A DNA stretch of 64,000 bases from a candidate division FCPU426 bacterium (GTDB lineage: Bacteria; Oederibacteriota; Muellerivitia; Muellerivitales; Muellerivitaceae): the NCBI GenBank assembly GCA_963796105.1, contig CAWCKJ010000004.1:608001-672000 (forward strand), in the 5' to 3' direction. Below, piece by piece: positions 51,692 through 61,697 of the stretch (position 1 is its first letter; the number at the start of each line of letters is the position of its first letter). The notes under the pieces were generated by a model. The model was not told the origin of the DNA and made no database searches. It was given only the letters and a program-made list of their open reading frames with translations. The translations under genes and the position numbers were made by a program.

Positions 51692-54163
51692 TTATTTCTC
51701 TTCCGGCTCGTCCAAACCCTCAAGTTTCTTTTTCGAGGTTTTATTCCCATGGGCTACGGCTTTGGTAAACCACCGCGAGGCTTCCTTCTTGTCCTGGGGG
51801 ACACCCAGGCCTTCCTCGTAAAGTTTGCCGATGACCAATTCGGCCCTGCCTAAACCTTTTTCATCCGCCTTCAGGAACCACTTCATGGCCTCCTGGTAAT
51901 CCTGGGGTACGCCATGGCCGTCCCGGTACATAATCCCGATATTCACCATGGCATTGGCGTGACCTTGGCCCGCGGATTTTTGGTACCACTTCATGGCTTC
52001 CTGGTAATCCTGGGTGACGCCCTGGCCTTTCTCATAAAGTTTGCCGATGACCAATTCAGCCCTGCCGAACCCTTTTTCATCCGCCTTCAGGTACCACTTC
52101 ATGGCCCCCTTGTAATCCTGGGGTACGCCATGGCCGTCCCGGTACATGATCCCGATATTCACCATGGCATTGGCGTGACCTTGGCCCGCGGATTTTTGGT
52201 ACCACTTCATGGCTTCCTGGTAATCCTGGGTGACGCCCTTTCCATACTCGTACAGGCAGCCAATATTGTTTAGACCGGAGGAATTCCCATGATCGGCGGC
52301 CTTTTGGTACCACTTCTTGGCTTCCCCGTAATCTTGGGGAACGCCTCTGCCATGCTCATAGAGGCAGCCAATATTACACTCAGCGATGTTATCCCCTTGT
52401 TCAGCGGCCTTCTGGTACCACTTTATGGCTTCTTGGTAATCTTGGGTGACTCCACGGCCATCGTCATATAGAACACCCATATCGCGTTCCGCAATTGCGT
52501 TTCCTTGGTCAGCGGATTTTCGATACCATTTCAGGGCTTCTTGAATATCTTGTGAAACACCTTTCCCAGTCTCGTAGCTATACCCAATACAGCATTCAGC
52601 GTCCGAGTTCCCCTTTTCCGCGGCTTTATGGAACCATTTCATGGCTTCCTGGTAATCCTGGGAAACGCCCCTTCCATTGGAATATAAATCGCCAATATCA
52701 TAATCGGCATCAGCGATTCCTTGTGCGGCGGCCTTCTGGTACCACTTCATGGCTTCTTGGTAATCTTTTGGAATGCTCCATCCCTTTTCATAAAAAACGC
52801 CGATATTGCATTCAGCCCCCCCATTACCTTTCTCAGCGGCTTTCTGGTACCATTTCATCGCTTCCTGGTAATCTTGGCTGACGCCCTCGCTTTTCACGTA
52901 CATAAGACCTATATGAAATTCAGCCTCGGCTGACCCATGGGCGGCGGCCTGTTGACACCACTTCATGGCTTCCTTGAAATCTTGGGTTACGCCATTACCG
53001 TTTTCATACAACCCACCGATATTGTTTTCAGCATCAGCGATCCCTTGTGCAACGGCCTTTTGGTACCACTTCATGGCTTCCTGGTAATCTTTTGGAATGC
53101 CCAATCCCTTTTCATAAAAAACACCGATATTGTTTTCAGCCCTCCCATTACCTTTCTCGGCGGCCTTCTGGTACCACTTCATGGCTTCCTGGTAATCCTG
53201 GGTTACGCCAAACCCTTGGGAATAAAGACTGCCAATCATAAATTCCCCGCCCGAATCCCCTTGCGAGGCGGCCTTTTGGTACCACTTCATGGCTACCTGG
53301 TAATCCTTTTTTACCCCAGTGCCCTTTTCATAATGCCAGCCTAAATTGACCTCGGCTCTTGCCAATCCGGAATCTTCCCGGTAGAGGACCCCGAAATTCC
53401 CGCCAAAAGGATAAGAATGATCATTCCCTCGGTTAGCGGCGTCCTTAAACCATTTCATGGCTTCCTGGTAATCCTGGGTAACACCCATTCCATTCTCAAA
53501 TAAAAAACCAATGTGCATTTGGGCGATCGGTTCATCTCGTTGCGCGGCTTTTCGATACCATGTCATGGCCTCTTGGTAATCCTGCGCGACTCCCAGTCCA
53601 TGCTCGTAGAGACTGCCTATATTGTCCTGAGCGATTGCGAATCCCTGCTCCGCGGCTTTTTGATACCAATTCATGGCTTCTTGGTAATTACGGGTAACGC
53701 CAAATCCTCTGGAATAAAGAAATCCTAATTCGTCTTGGGCTATCGCATTTCCTTTTTCAGCCGCTTTTCGGTACCAATTTAATGCTTCCTTGTAATCCTG
53801 GGTAACACCCCGGCCTTTTGTACAAAAAATACCGACATTACATTCTGCGGATACGTCCCCCTGCATTGCCGCTTTTTGGAACCATTTAAAGGCTTCCTGG
53901 TAATCCTGGGTCACCCCCATACCTTTCGAATATAGCCAGGCAAGTTTGTTTTGGGCTTTTACATTTCCCAGATCAGCGGCTTTTCGGAACCACTCTTGGG
54001 CTTGGCCGTAATCTTTTGCCTTAAGGGCTTCGTCCCCTTTGTTTAAATCCACAAAATCCTCGGGATCAGGGTCAACTCCAGCCCGCAACGCGGGTTGGTT
54101 GTATAAGAAAATTCCAATCGCCAGGATTAACATACAGGGTCTAACAGCGAATATATTTTTCAT
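51692..54163 (-). CDS. Secreted Sel1-like repeat protein (about 20 repeats)
   Basis: 36-aa repeats G.GV.QDYQEAMKWYQKAA.QG; signal peptide. Confidence 0.95.
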   Translation of the reverse strand: MKNIFAVRPCMLILAIGIFLYNQPALRAGVDPDPEDFVDLNKGDEALKAKDYGQAQEWFRKAADLGNVKAQNKLAWLYSKGMGVTQDYQEAFKWFQKAAMQGDVSAECNVGIFCTKGRGVTQDYKEALNWYRKAAEKGNAIAQDELGFLYSRGFGVTRNYQEAMNWYQKAAEQGFAIAQDNIGSLYEHGLGVAQDYQEAMTWYRKAAQRDEPIAQMHIGFLFENGMGVTQDYQEAMKWFKDAANRGNDHSYPFGGNFGVLYREDSGLARAEVNLGWHYEKGTGVKKDYQVAMKWYQKAASQGDSGGEFMIGSLYSQGFGVTQDYQEAMKWYQKAAEKGNGRAENNIGVFYEKGLGIPKDYQEAMKWYQKAVAQGIADAENNIGGLYENGNGVTQDFKEAMKWCQQAAAHGSAEAEFHIGLMYVKSEGVSQDYQEAMKWYQKAAEKGNGGAECNIGVFYEKGWSIPKDYQEAMKWYQKAAAQGIADADYDIGDLYSNGRGVSQDYQEAMKWFHKAAEKGNSDAECCIGYSYETGKGVSQDIQEALKWYRKSADQGNAIAERDMGVLYDDGRGVTQDYQEAIKWYQKAAEQGDNIAECNIGCLYEHGRGVPQDYGEAKKWYQKAADHGNSSGLNNIGCLYEYGKGVTQDYQEAMKWYQKSAGQGHANAMVNIGIMYRDGHGVPQDYKGAMKWYLKADEKGFGRAELVIGKLYEKGQGVTQDYQEAMKWYQKSAGQGHANAMVNIGIMYRDGHGVPQDYQEAMKWFLKADEKGLGRAELVIGKLYEEGLGVPQDKKEASRWFTKAVAHGNKTSKKKLEGLDEPEEK

Positions 54164-54219
54164 CGCTTAATACCTTTCTTCATTTACTCCTAAATTAACG
54201 TCCCCTCAGGGTTCCCGGA

Positions 54220-54494
54220 TTGGACACGCTAATCAATTCAAAATTTAACAATCAAAACCCGTCCTGAACATGCCGAAGGATTGAGCTTTTGTATAATCCT
54301 TCATTCATAATTTGAAATTGTATTTGAACTTCCCTCCCCTGAATCGCAGCCACAAGCCGCGGTTCACTCTTTGGGTGTGCCAATTCACCTTAAAGCAGGT
54401 GATGGAATTGGTACTATACCGAACTTTCATTGAAAGCTTTAATGAGGTTCGGCATGTGCCGGTTCAATAATGGAACCGGCCCCCATCGTGGACA
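54220..54494. repeat. Intergenic cluster: AT-rich module, REP-like hairpins, CCCCATCGTGGACA
   Basis: TTGGACACGCTAATCAATTCAAAATTTAA; GTCCTGAACATGCCGAAGGA; GCCGGTTC/GAACCGGC stem. Confidence 0.5.
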
Positions 54495-54498
54495 TGGT

Positions 54499-54864
54499 TT
54501 AGCGGGCCTTTAAAACCTTGCGTTGATCGAAAGGGTTGAAGCCGAAAGGCTTGCAAATCTTTAGGATGCTTCCGAACTTCGGGTCTCTATTCTTGGCGAG
54601 TACCCGATAGACACTCTCCCGGGGCATACCCGATTGTTTCGACAACCATCCCACCCCGCCATGGGCTTCCGCAACGTCCCGAAGGGCAAGCTGGAATACG
54701 GATCCGTTGCCGTCGTCTAAGCTTCGATCGTAGGCTTCACGCAAATATTCCCGGGCTTCTTGTGGATCGCTTAGTTTTGAAAGAAGGTAATCTTTAAAAT
54801 CCCCTTCCGCTTGGTATTTCTTTTTCTTAATGGCCGTATTTTTCACGATTCCCCCCTTATTCAT
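54499..54864 (-). CDS. Addiction module antidote (HTH antitoxin)
   Basis: EAREYL, ALRDVAEAHGG..LS..SG..RES.YR.L...DPKF. Confidence 0.88.
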   Translation of the reverse strand: MNKGGIVKNTAIKKKKYQAEGDFKDYLLSKLSDPQEAREYLREAYDRSLDDGNGSVFQLALRDVAEAHGGVGWLSKQSGMPRESVYRVLAKNRDPKFGSILKICKPFGFNPFDQRKVLKAR

Positions 54865-55186
54865 TTCTCGCTTTGTGGTCTTTCAAGTATTTACGTGCGG
54901 TCGCGATATCCCTGTCTTGACCCCTTTTTGTTCCTCCGCTCAATAGCAAGACGATGAAACCCCTGACCCAGGTGTAATAAACCCTATAGCCTGGCCCCAT
55001 ATTGATCTTGATTTCGTGAAGACCACCGCCTTTGTTCTCGCAATTACTATAGTTACCTTCCCTTACGCGGCCGATGTAGGTGAGAACAGTGGCACGAGGT
55101 CCCCGGTCCAACGAATCCAACCATTCACGAACAGGGTATTTGCCGTCCTTCGTCAGATAATCCTTCATACCTTGAGGTTTATCCAT
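54857..55186 (-). CDS. RelE/HigB-type addiction module toxin (toxin-first)
   Basis: DGKYPVREWL, GN, LHEIKI..GPGYRVY, LLLSGGTK..QDRDI. Confidence 0.9.
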   Translation of the reverse strand: MDKPQGMKDYLTKDGKYPVREWLDSLDRGPRATVLTYIGRVREGNYSNCENKGGGLHEIKINMGPGYRVYYTWVRGFIVLLLSGGTKRGQDRDIATARKYLKDHKARNE

Positions 55187-55191
55187 GCCTT

Positions 55192-55221
55192 AAATGTAAC
55201 ACTTGTGTTACATCTTTTCAA
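55192..55221 (-). promoter_or_regulatory. TA promoter with palindromic operator
   Basis: TTGAAA-N17-TACATT overlapping ATGTAACAC-tt-GTGTTACAT (55194-55213). Confidence 0.75.
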
Positions 55222-55347
55222 TAGTTTATTGTTTCCTTCGTTTCTCCGCCGCGGACAACCACGATAACCTTTCGTTCTTATAATGGTTTAAAATTGCGGA
55301 CATCATTCTTTAAATCTTTCCAAACCAATCCGTCTGAAGTTGCGGGA

Positions 55348-56300
55348 TTAGGGGTCGATCTTCAAGCCGATGGAAAAATACCCGCTGTCAATATAACCAT
55401 CCATGGAAAACTGCCGGGAGGTAAAAGTTTCCAAACTGTTGGCCTCGAAATAAAGGGCGAGGCCCTCCCCCGCCTTGACGTCGATTCCAAGCCCCAGCCG
55501 CAGGGCGAAATCCGTCTCGTTGATGCCGGGAGAAGAATAGGGATTCCCGTAAATATCCGTCAGGGTCATGGCATCGATCGAAAGAAGGGTGGGTCCGATG
55601 CCGCTGATCAAATAAAAGTCCACGGAACTGCCCTGCCCGGCCAAAATGAACCTGCCGTTCACTAAAAAAGTAAAGTTGGAGATACCGCCCCCGAGGCGCT
55701 CTCATACTCATAAGGGGAGATAATGTTCTGGGGGAAACTGCAGTATTGCCCGCTGAGGACAAGGGAGGTCATCCGGTTCAAACCCACTCCGTAACCAAAT
55801 CCAAAGCTCGGGCCGGTGGTCCAGTTGGTCGCAAACCCGGCCGGGTTGGTGGGCATCGACCACCCGCCGTTTAAATAAATGGAGTTGAAAATTTGCTTGT
55901 GGGCGGCATGGCCGATCATGGGAAGGGGCGGCAACGGACCGTGGCTGGCCGGGGGGTTGTCCGGCGCCGCCTCGATTTCAGGGGCCGGCATCGACACGGC
56001 TTTTAATTTATCGACGAACGCCTGGAGTTTGGGATTATTCGGGTTGATGTCCAGGCTGGATTCGCAATTCGAAAGGCATTTTTGGGTGTCGTTGAGGCGG
56101 TAATAGGCGTAACCCATGTATTGGTAGGCTTGCCAATCACCGGGGTTCGACTGGACGACTTGCTTGAAATAAGCGATGGCATTCCGCCAGTTCCCCGCCT
56201 GGTATTGTTCTACGCCCACGTGGAAGTTGTCCGCCGCCGCGGCACCGTATCCGTAAAATGGGAACAGGCACAAAACCAGCACCGCCAATAGCTTTTTCAT
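55348..56300 (-). pseudogene. TPR + outer-membrane beta-barrel protein split by a single frameshift
   Basis: ORFs 55662..56315 and 55348..55662; one extra G in the G5 run (55688-55692) gives a continuous SASGGGISNFTFLVNGRF. Confidence 0.7.
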
Positions 56301-56564
56301 ATTCTTCCTTTCCAAGACAAAGCCGTTTTATATGCCCCGGAACCAGCCTTCCGGGGAAAACAGTAAATTACGAATATTTATTTTATACCTGAAAAGAAGT
56401 TGAAACCCCTGAAAAATAAAAAGCCGCCAACCGGAGTTTTCGGCCCATACCGCTTATCCATTTCAGGCGTTAAGGTAAGCGGTATTGTCCCGGGTTCTTG
56501 GCGCTTTTGCGCCAAGTGGGACAGGGATTTCCGCGTTATTTTTCCAGTTGGGCGGCATCCGGCC

Positions 56565-57101
56565 TCAAGGCTTGGTTTTCCAGCGGCTTATTTCCGTCTC
56601 AGTGAGCTTGTTCCACAAACGCACCTCGAAGGGGCACCCTTTGACAAAAGCCATGCAGGCCGATCGGGGATTCCGGTCGGGCCATTGAATGGGCAGGCTG
56701 GACCGTATGATGGAGGGAGTGATTTTCCGGCTGTCCAATTTCCAGAATTGCTTGTTGAAATAATGCCAAATCAAAACCGTTAATTCGATGAATACGTCCC
56801 CCTGGGCGGCGGTATCCTTGTCCGCGTGAAAGGCCTCCTCCAGGAAACGGCCGAAATTCCGGTTGGAACGGATCACGAGAAGCCCCTGGAAAGGCTCGGA
56901 GAATAGGATGCTTTTTTCCAGGGGAAGGTCCGCCAAACCTTCCGGCGCCCAGTTCACCGGTTCCACCGGAAGGTTGGCGCGCCGGGTCAGGAATTCCTTG
57001 AGGAACTCGAATAGCTCCTTATGGGACGGAACCCCCTGTTCATTATAACTGGCAAGAAGTTCCTCGCCGGAAAGGGGGGGCGGGGGGGTGGGTTCGCTCA
57101 T
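56565..57101 (-). CDS. Hypothetical protein, possibly CheX-like
   Basis: ILFSEPFQGLLVIR..DVFIEL pattern; co-transcribed with PilZ gene. Confidence 0.5.
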   Translation of the reverse strand: MSEPTPPPPLSGEELLASYNEQGVPSHKELFEFLKEFLTRRANLPVEPVNWAPEGLADLPLEKSILFSEPFQGLLVIRSNRNFGRFLEEAFHADKDTAAQGDVFIELTVLIWHYFNKQFWKLDSRKITPSIIRSSLPIQWPDRNPRSACMAFVKGCPFEVRLWNKLTETEISRWKTKP

Positions 57102-57128
57102 CTTGCTCCTTTGAACGGGTTTTGGGAA

Positions 57129-57500
57129 TCACCTGCTGGTGGAGGCTTTGGAAAGATAGGTTTTCATGAAACTCACGTCCTCTTCCTCCATAGTCATGAA
57201 TCGTATGCCCCCGCCCGTCTCGTTCGACCAAACCACCTCGGCGGCGGCTTTTATATCCTTCGCCAAGCCCGGGATCGTGATCTCAAGTTCCAAAACGCTC
57301 CCGTCTTTCAACCTTTGGTTCGTTAATAGGCACATGCCCCCCAGGCTGATGTTCAAGGCGGGATGGAGTTTTTTTCCCTTTTTGAGGGTGATTAATTTTT
57401 CGATTTCTTTCGTATCGTTAATCACCTTGAAGGTGATCGGGATTTTAACGCAAATGCGGGGTTCCACCCGCCTTTCTTTTATAAGATAGGCTTCCCGCAT
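57129..57500 (-). CDS. PilZ domain protein
   Basis: ERRVEPR, NISLGG, AEVVW, GIRF. Confidence 0.9.
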   Translation of the reverse strand: MREAYLIKERRVEPRICVKIPITFKVINDTKEIEKLITLKKGKKLHPALNISLGGMCLLTNQRLKDGSVLELEITIPGLAKDIKAAAEVVWSNETGGGIRFMTMEEEDVSFMKTYLSKASTSR

Positions 57501-57950
57501 GAATCTCCCCTTTTAAAACAGCAATACCTGATGGGTGTTAAGGAACCGGCCATTGGAATAAGCGGTTACAACAGGAACCAAATACGTTTCCAGGTTAAAC
57601 ACTCACCAACAATTTGCCAATGAAATAAAATTTCATGGTGTCACTTCATTTATTTTGGTGGAATTTATTTCACGGGTGTTTTTGTGGATTTAACCGCGTA
57701 ACACTTGACCTGGAATAGAAAGCGAAGGGCCTAAAAAAGCAGATTAGAATCGTTTTTACATCGAACGGTGAGCCTCTTTTTGTAACCGGTGCCATGTTTG
57801 TGTTTTCGAGCTCCGGGATTCTCCTCAATTCCTTCTTCCCATTCAAAATCGGGGCGGAGAAACTTCTTCAGATCTTAAATTATTGGTAAGAAATGATCAA
57901 AAGCGGGTGGTTGGTGGCGGTGATGTAATTATAAAATACTGATAGTTTAT

Positions 57951-59000
57951 TTATAAGATTGTATTTAAAAAGGTAACGGTTCCGCTATTGGGTTTCGGGA
58001 AAGTGACGGAATTAGAACCAATGTTCGAGGAAATATAAAATTTAAAATCCGGGTCGATTCCGGAAGCGTAAACATTAACGGTTACGCCGTTAGTGACTCC
58101 GCCGGAAGCAAAGGTCGTTCCGGAAGATGATCCAACGAAACTGTAGTTCCAGGTGGTGCCGCAATCATTGGTGAAGTGGGGAGTAAAAATGTAATAAAGT
58201 GGGTTATAAGCAATAGTAAGCAGCACACTAACTGGATAGTCTCGGTAAATGGTTGCTGGGGATGAAGTTATTTGATAACCAGTAAAATCATTTGCTGCAA
58301 TTGTGTAGGGAACACTTCCGCCGTAACAGGACGATTTATCAATAGAAACTCCCTGCTGGGTTATACCCTCCCCTAAGACAAAATTCGCGGGAATGGATGT
58401 CCAACCGGTAGGTAGTGTTGGAGATTGTATTGTTATCGGAACATTTAAATTGCCGCTTTGGTTGTAAGTAACAGTTAAAGGAATGTCATATTGGGTAGGA
58501 TAAAGATCCAACATTGAAACGGGAGAAACGTTAACCGTATTATTTCCGTTTATAAAAGATACCGCATAATTTCCCGAGCCCGTAACTGGAAATGTTTGGG
58601 AACTCTGATAATAATAATGGTTAATAGTCACACCTGAAGATTGAATTACGTAACTGACCCCGCCTGTTAAGACCTCCGCTGTCCAAGTGCCATTAGTAAT
58701 AGTCGGATTAAATGGGGCATAACCATAAACCGGGACCGTTGTGACAGGCCCGACAGTGTTTCCTGTTGGATCAATAAGAATAATCGGGACATTCTGGATC
58801 GCCGTCTCAGAATCCAAGACAAAAATTTCTATAGATCCACGCGACGGAGTGGGGGTTATCGTCGGCCGGTCCAGTCCATCAGGCGCGTACACTCCCAAAG
58901 GGTGGTCCGTTTTTTGACATCCGGAATTAATAATGAACAGTGGACTTAACCCCGCAAAGGTTAAAAAACCAAAAACGCAGAAAAAATATAAATTTTTCAT
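57951..59000 (-). CDS. Putative lipoprotein with beta-rich Ig-like domains
   Basis: Hydrophobic leader ending NSGC; short PTITPTP linker; lower GC. Confidence 0.7.
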   Translation of the reverse strand: MKNLYFFCVFGFLTFAGLSPLFIINSGCQKTDHPLGVYAPDGLDRPTITPTPSRGSIEIFVLDSETAIQNVPIILIDPTGNTVGPVTTVPVYGYAPFNPTITNGTWTAEVLTGGVSYVIQSSGVTINHYYYQSSQTFPVTGSGNYAVSFINGNNTVNVSPVSMLDLYPTQYDIPLTVTYNQSGNLNVPITIQSPTLPTGWTSIPANFVLGEGITQQGVSIDKSSCYGGSVPYTIAANDFTGYQITSSPATIYRDYPVSVLLTIAYNPLYYIFTPHFTNDCGTTWNYSFVGSSSGTTFASGGVTNGVTVNVYASGIDPDFKFYISSNIGSNSVTFPKPNSGTVTFLNTIL

Positions 59001-59216
59001 ATCAACACCCCTCCAAAAAACCTCTCCTTTCCCAATCTCCCCTTTTATTTCCGGCCCATTAATCCCATCGGCCGTACCCGCCCCGCGTCTTCTTGGAAAA
59101 GAAAATCGCTATTTTTGATAAAATTTTTCCAACACAAGGTACCAGCTATATGTACAATATTTCAAATACTTTTTTTTAAATAAAGTGTGGTAAATCTTTA
59201 ACTATTGGTGATCCCT

Positions 59217-60431
59217 ATGAAAACTGCAATATTCTCTTTTCTATTAATACTCGTTTCGGTTCCCGTTTGGGCCGAGGATGACACTTCCTTTTTCAAGGAC
59301 TCAAGCGACTCAAATCAAGAGAACAATTGGGTCCCTCCCCCGCCCCCCAATGAGGATTCCCGGGATCTCCGCTTCCTCCTCCAAGCCGACTTCCAGCAGG
59401 ATTCCGCCATCCAGGGCCAAGCCTTCTCCATGTTCGACCTTTCCGCCAAGCGCCAGTTGGACGAGAACTCGGTCCTGGCGGAGGGCCTGGTGCGGTTCCG
59501 CAAGAGCCTCTCTACTTCTGACGCCACATCCGAGGTGGATCTGCGCTTGGCGAGGATTTCCTATCTGGAGCCCTGGCTCCAGGTAACCTTGGGTCGCTTC
59601 GATCTTTTCCAGATGCTCACCCCCCTGGAGTTTTTCGGGGCCTACCCGGACATGGGCATCCATCGGGTGGACGGGGTCATGGCGACGATCCCCTTCTCTT
59701 TCTTCTTCGGTTTGGGGGACGCCAAAAAAGGCGATGTTCAAGCATCCTCACCCCTGGCCTTGAGCTTTTTCTACACACCCAGCCTTTTCTCGGCCCAGCA
59801 GGTTCAATGGAACATGACTCAGGCCTTCTGGCTCTCACAGCTTCGTTTTCAGATCCCCGGCAACGACGTTGAGGCTGTTTTCAAGATCAACGCGGGCGGG
59901 TCGTCCACGGATTTCTTCAGCTACTCCTCCCTGAACGGAAACCTCGCGGGATCGGCCGCAATGGACCTGATTTTCCAGAAGGACTATGACCTGGTCGCCG
60001 AATACGGGATTCAAAACCTGGACTACTCAACCGACACCAGCGCCTTCGCGGTGGGCTTCCAAGCCTCCCGGCTGGGTACTTGGGGGACCTTCTCCATGGA
60101 CGAGATTGCCCTTGAGGCTCAATTCCCCACGGGACAATCCCTCAACAACCCTTTTACCGGCGGTAACGCCTTCAGCCCCTATTTGGCGGGGACGCCCCAG
60201 GACAGCTGGTATATCAAGATGCGGTGCCGTTTGAAGGTATTGTTTCTGGAGATACATGTCACAAATAACCAGGATGATTACACCCTTGCCCGGCCCATGG
60301 CTGGTTCCATCGCGGTTCCTTTCACAGGCACCTTTGGACCAGGAAATGAGACCAACGGACCTGGAACAACCCTGCGAGCCTTGGCCTATGACAAACCAGC
60401 CTACTTCGCTAGGATCGGGGTGGAGTTTTGA
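59217..60431 (+). CDS. Putative outer-membrane beta-barrel protein
   Basis: Signal peptide (VWA), amphipathic strands, LQVTLGRF, C-terminal ARIGVEF. Confidence 0.7.
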   Translation: MKTAIFSFLLILVSVPVWAEDDTSFFKDSSDSNQENNWVPPPPPNEDSRDLRFLLQADFQQDSAIQGQAFSMFDLSAKRQLDENSVLAEGLVRFRKSLSTSDATSEVDLRLARISYLEPWLQVTLGRFDLFQMLTPLEFFGAYPDMGIHRVDGVMATIPFSFFFGLGDAKKGDVQASSPLALSFFYTPSLFSAQQVQWNMTQAFWLSQLRFQIPGNDVEAVFKINAGGSSTDFFSYSSLNGNLAGSAAMDLIFQKDYDLVAEYGIQNLDYSTDTSAFAVGFQASRLGTWGTFSMDEIALEAQFPTGQSLNNPFTGGNAFSPYLAGTPQDSWYIKMRCRLKVLFLEIHVTNNQDDYTLARPMAGSIAVPFTGTFGPGNETNGPGTTLRALAYDKPAYFARIGVEF

Positions 60432-61486
60432 GGCGGTTTTTTAGATTTTCCTTGCTTGGGTTTTTTCTTCTCCCGCTTTTCGCGTCCGCGCAAGACACAG
60501 GCGGGGAAATTCCAACCCATTTAAAACAAACGGCGGCCCGGACAAAACAGGTATCATCCGCCAATACCTACCATTTTCAATCCAGCACAGCCTGGGGGGA
60601 TATTAACGTTCTCGTGACGGATTTTTCCGGCTGCTTTAAGGTAGATGTTAAAACCGCCGCCACGGCCATGGGTTGGGTATTGAAAAACGGGAAAACGGGA
60701 AAAACCGTCAGCAAGGGCGGAATAGACCGGGAAAATCAATTCAATTTTCAAGTAAGCCAGGCTTTCGACGGATTTTTCCATCTTAAAATTTTCCTCGCGC
60801 AAGGACGGGAAGAGGTTCCCGTGGGTTTGACCCTTTCTCCCAACTCGGATAAGAAATCCGCAAACGCTATAGGGGCAAGCCCTGATGATTTTGAGGAAAA
60901 CCCGGACCAGCCCTATAACCGCACCGTCAAGGGCCTGTATTTACAGGCCCTATCCGCCTATGACCGGGGCAATGAGCGGGAAGTCCTTAAACTTTTGGAA
61001 AAGGCTGAGGAATTGGATCCCACCCAACCCCAAGTACAGGCCCTTTTAAACAAGGTTCGCATACCCAGCGATAGCGAATCGGGGCCCCTGGCCCAAGCGC
61101 GGGAAGCATTGAAAAAAGGCAATAAGGAGGAAGCCCTAGCGAAAGTCGAGGATTATCTGGATGAACATCCCGATAGCCAGGAAGCCCAACAGTTAAAGGA
61201 CAAAATCGAGGGCAAAGAACGGCCCCCTAAAATAATTAAAAACCATGCCGCCAAGGCTCAGGATATCGTCCCTAAAGAGACGGTACCAGCAAAGCCATTC
61301 ATGAAAGACGAGGACCGGAAAGCCCAGGCAGATCAGGCCTATAACTTGGGTTTGGCGAGTTACGACAAGGGCGATTACGCGGTGGCGAAGAAATTCTGGG
61401 AGCAGACCCTTCAGATTGATCCGGCCAACGTGAAGGCCAAGATGAATTTGGAACACTTAGCGAATGACCATCCGGATTTGAAATAA
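60428..61486 (+). CDS. Exported TPR protein
   Basis: Signal ending ASA; three TPR-like blocks, e.g. AYNLGLASYDKGDYAVAKKFWEQTLQIDP. Confidence 0.82.
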   Translation: MRRFFRFSLLGFFLLPLFASAQDTGGEIPTHLKQTAARTKQVSSANTYHFQSSTAWGDINVLVTDFSGCFKVDVKTAATAMGWVLKNGKTGKTVSKGGIDRENQFNFQVSQAFDGFFHLKIFLAQGREEVPVGLTLSPNSDKKSANAIGASPDDFEENPDQPYNRTVKGLYLQALSAYDRGNEREVLKLLEKAEELDPTQPQVQALLNKVRIPSDSESGPLAQAREALKKGNKEEALAKVEDYLDEHPDSQEAQQLKDKIEGKERPPKIIKNHAAKAQDIVPKETVPAKPFMKDEDRKAQADQAYNLGLASYDKGDYAVAKKFWEQTLQIDPANVKAKMNLEHLANDHPDLK

Positions 61487-61488
61487 CC

Positions 61489-61580
61489 TTTCACCACAAA
61501 ACTCTTCACACCGCAGTGAAGAGTCGTGTCAGAGATCCAGAGAAAGACCTATCCCCTGGTACTTCCTAAATCAATTTCTC
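61489..61580 (+). repeat. TTCACCACA...CAGAGAAAG repeat, long hairpin-bearing variant
   Basis: 57 bp matching 62891-62947 with 4 mismatches; ACTCTTCAC/GTGAAGAGT stem. Confidence 0.8.
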
Positions 61581-61697
61581 TATAAAAATTTGGGTTAAAC
61601 GGTTTTCAAGCTCATTCCCCGCGCCTTCAATATGATCAAGGGCATAAGCCCTTCCACGTCATCCCACTAGACTTTCATTCATGTCGCGCTGGGCCCC

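Noticed and set aside
49030..55350. Classical integron or attC array
   Set aside because: No RYYYAAC/GTTRRRY-bounded sites recognised and no integron integrase in the window
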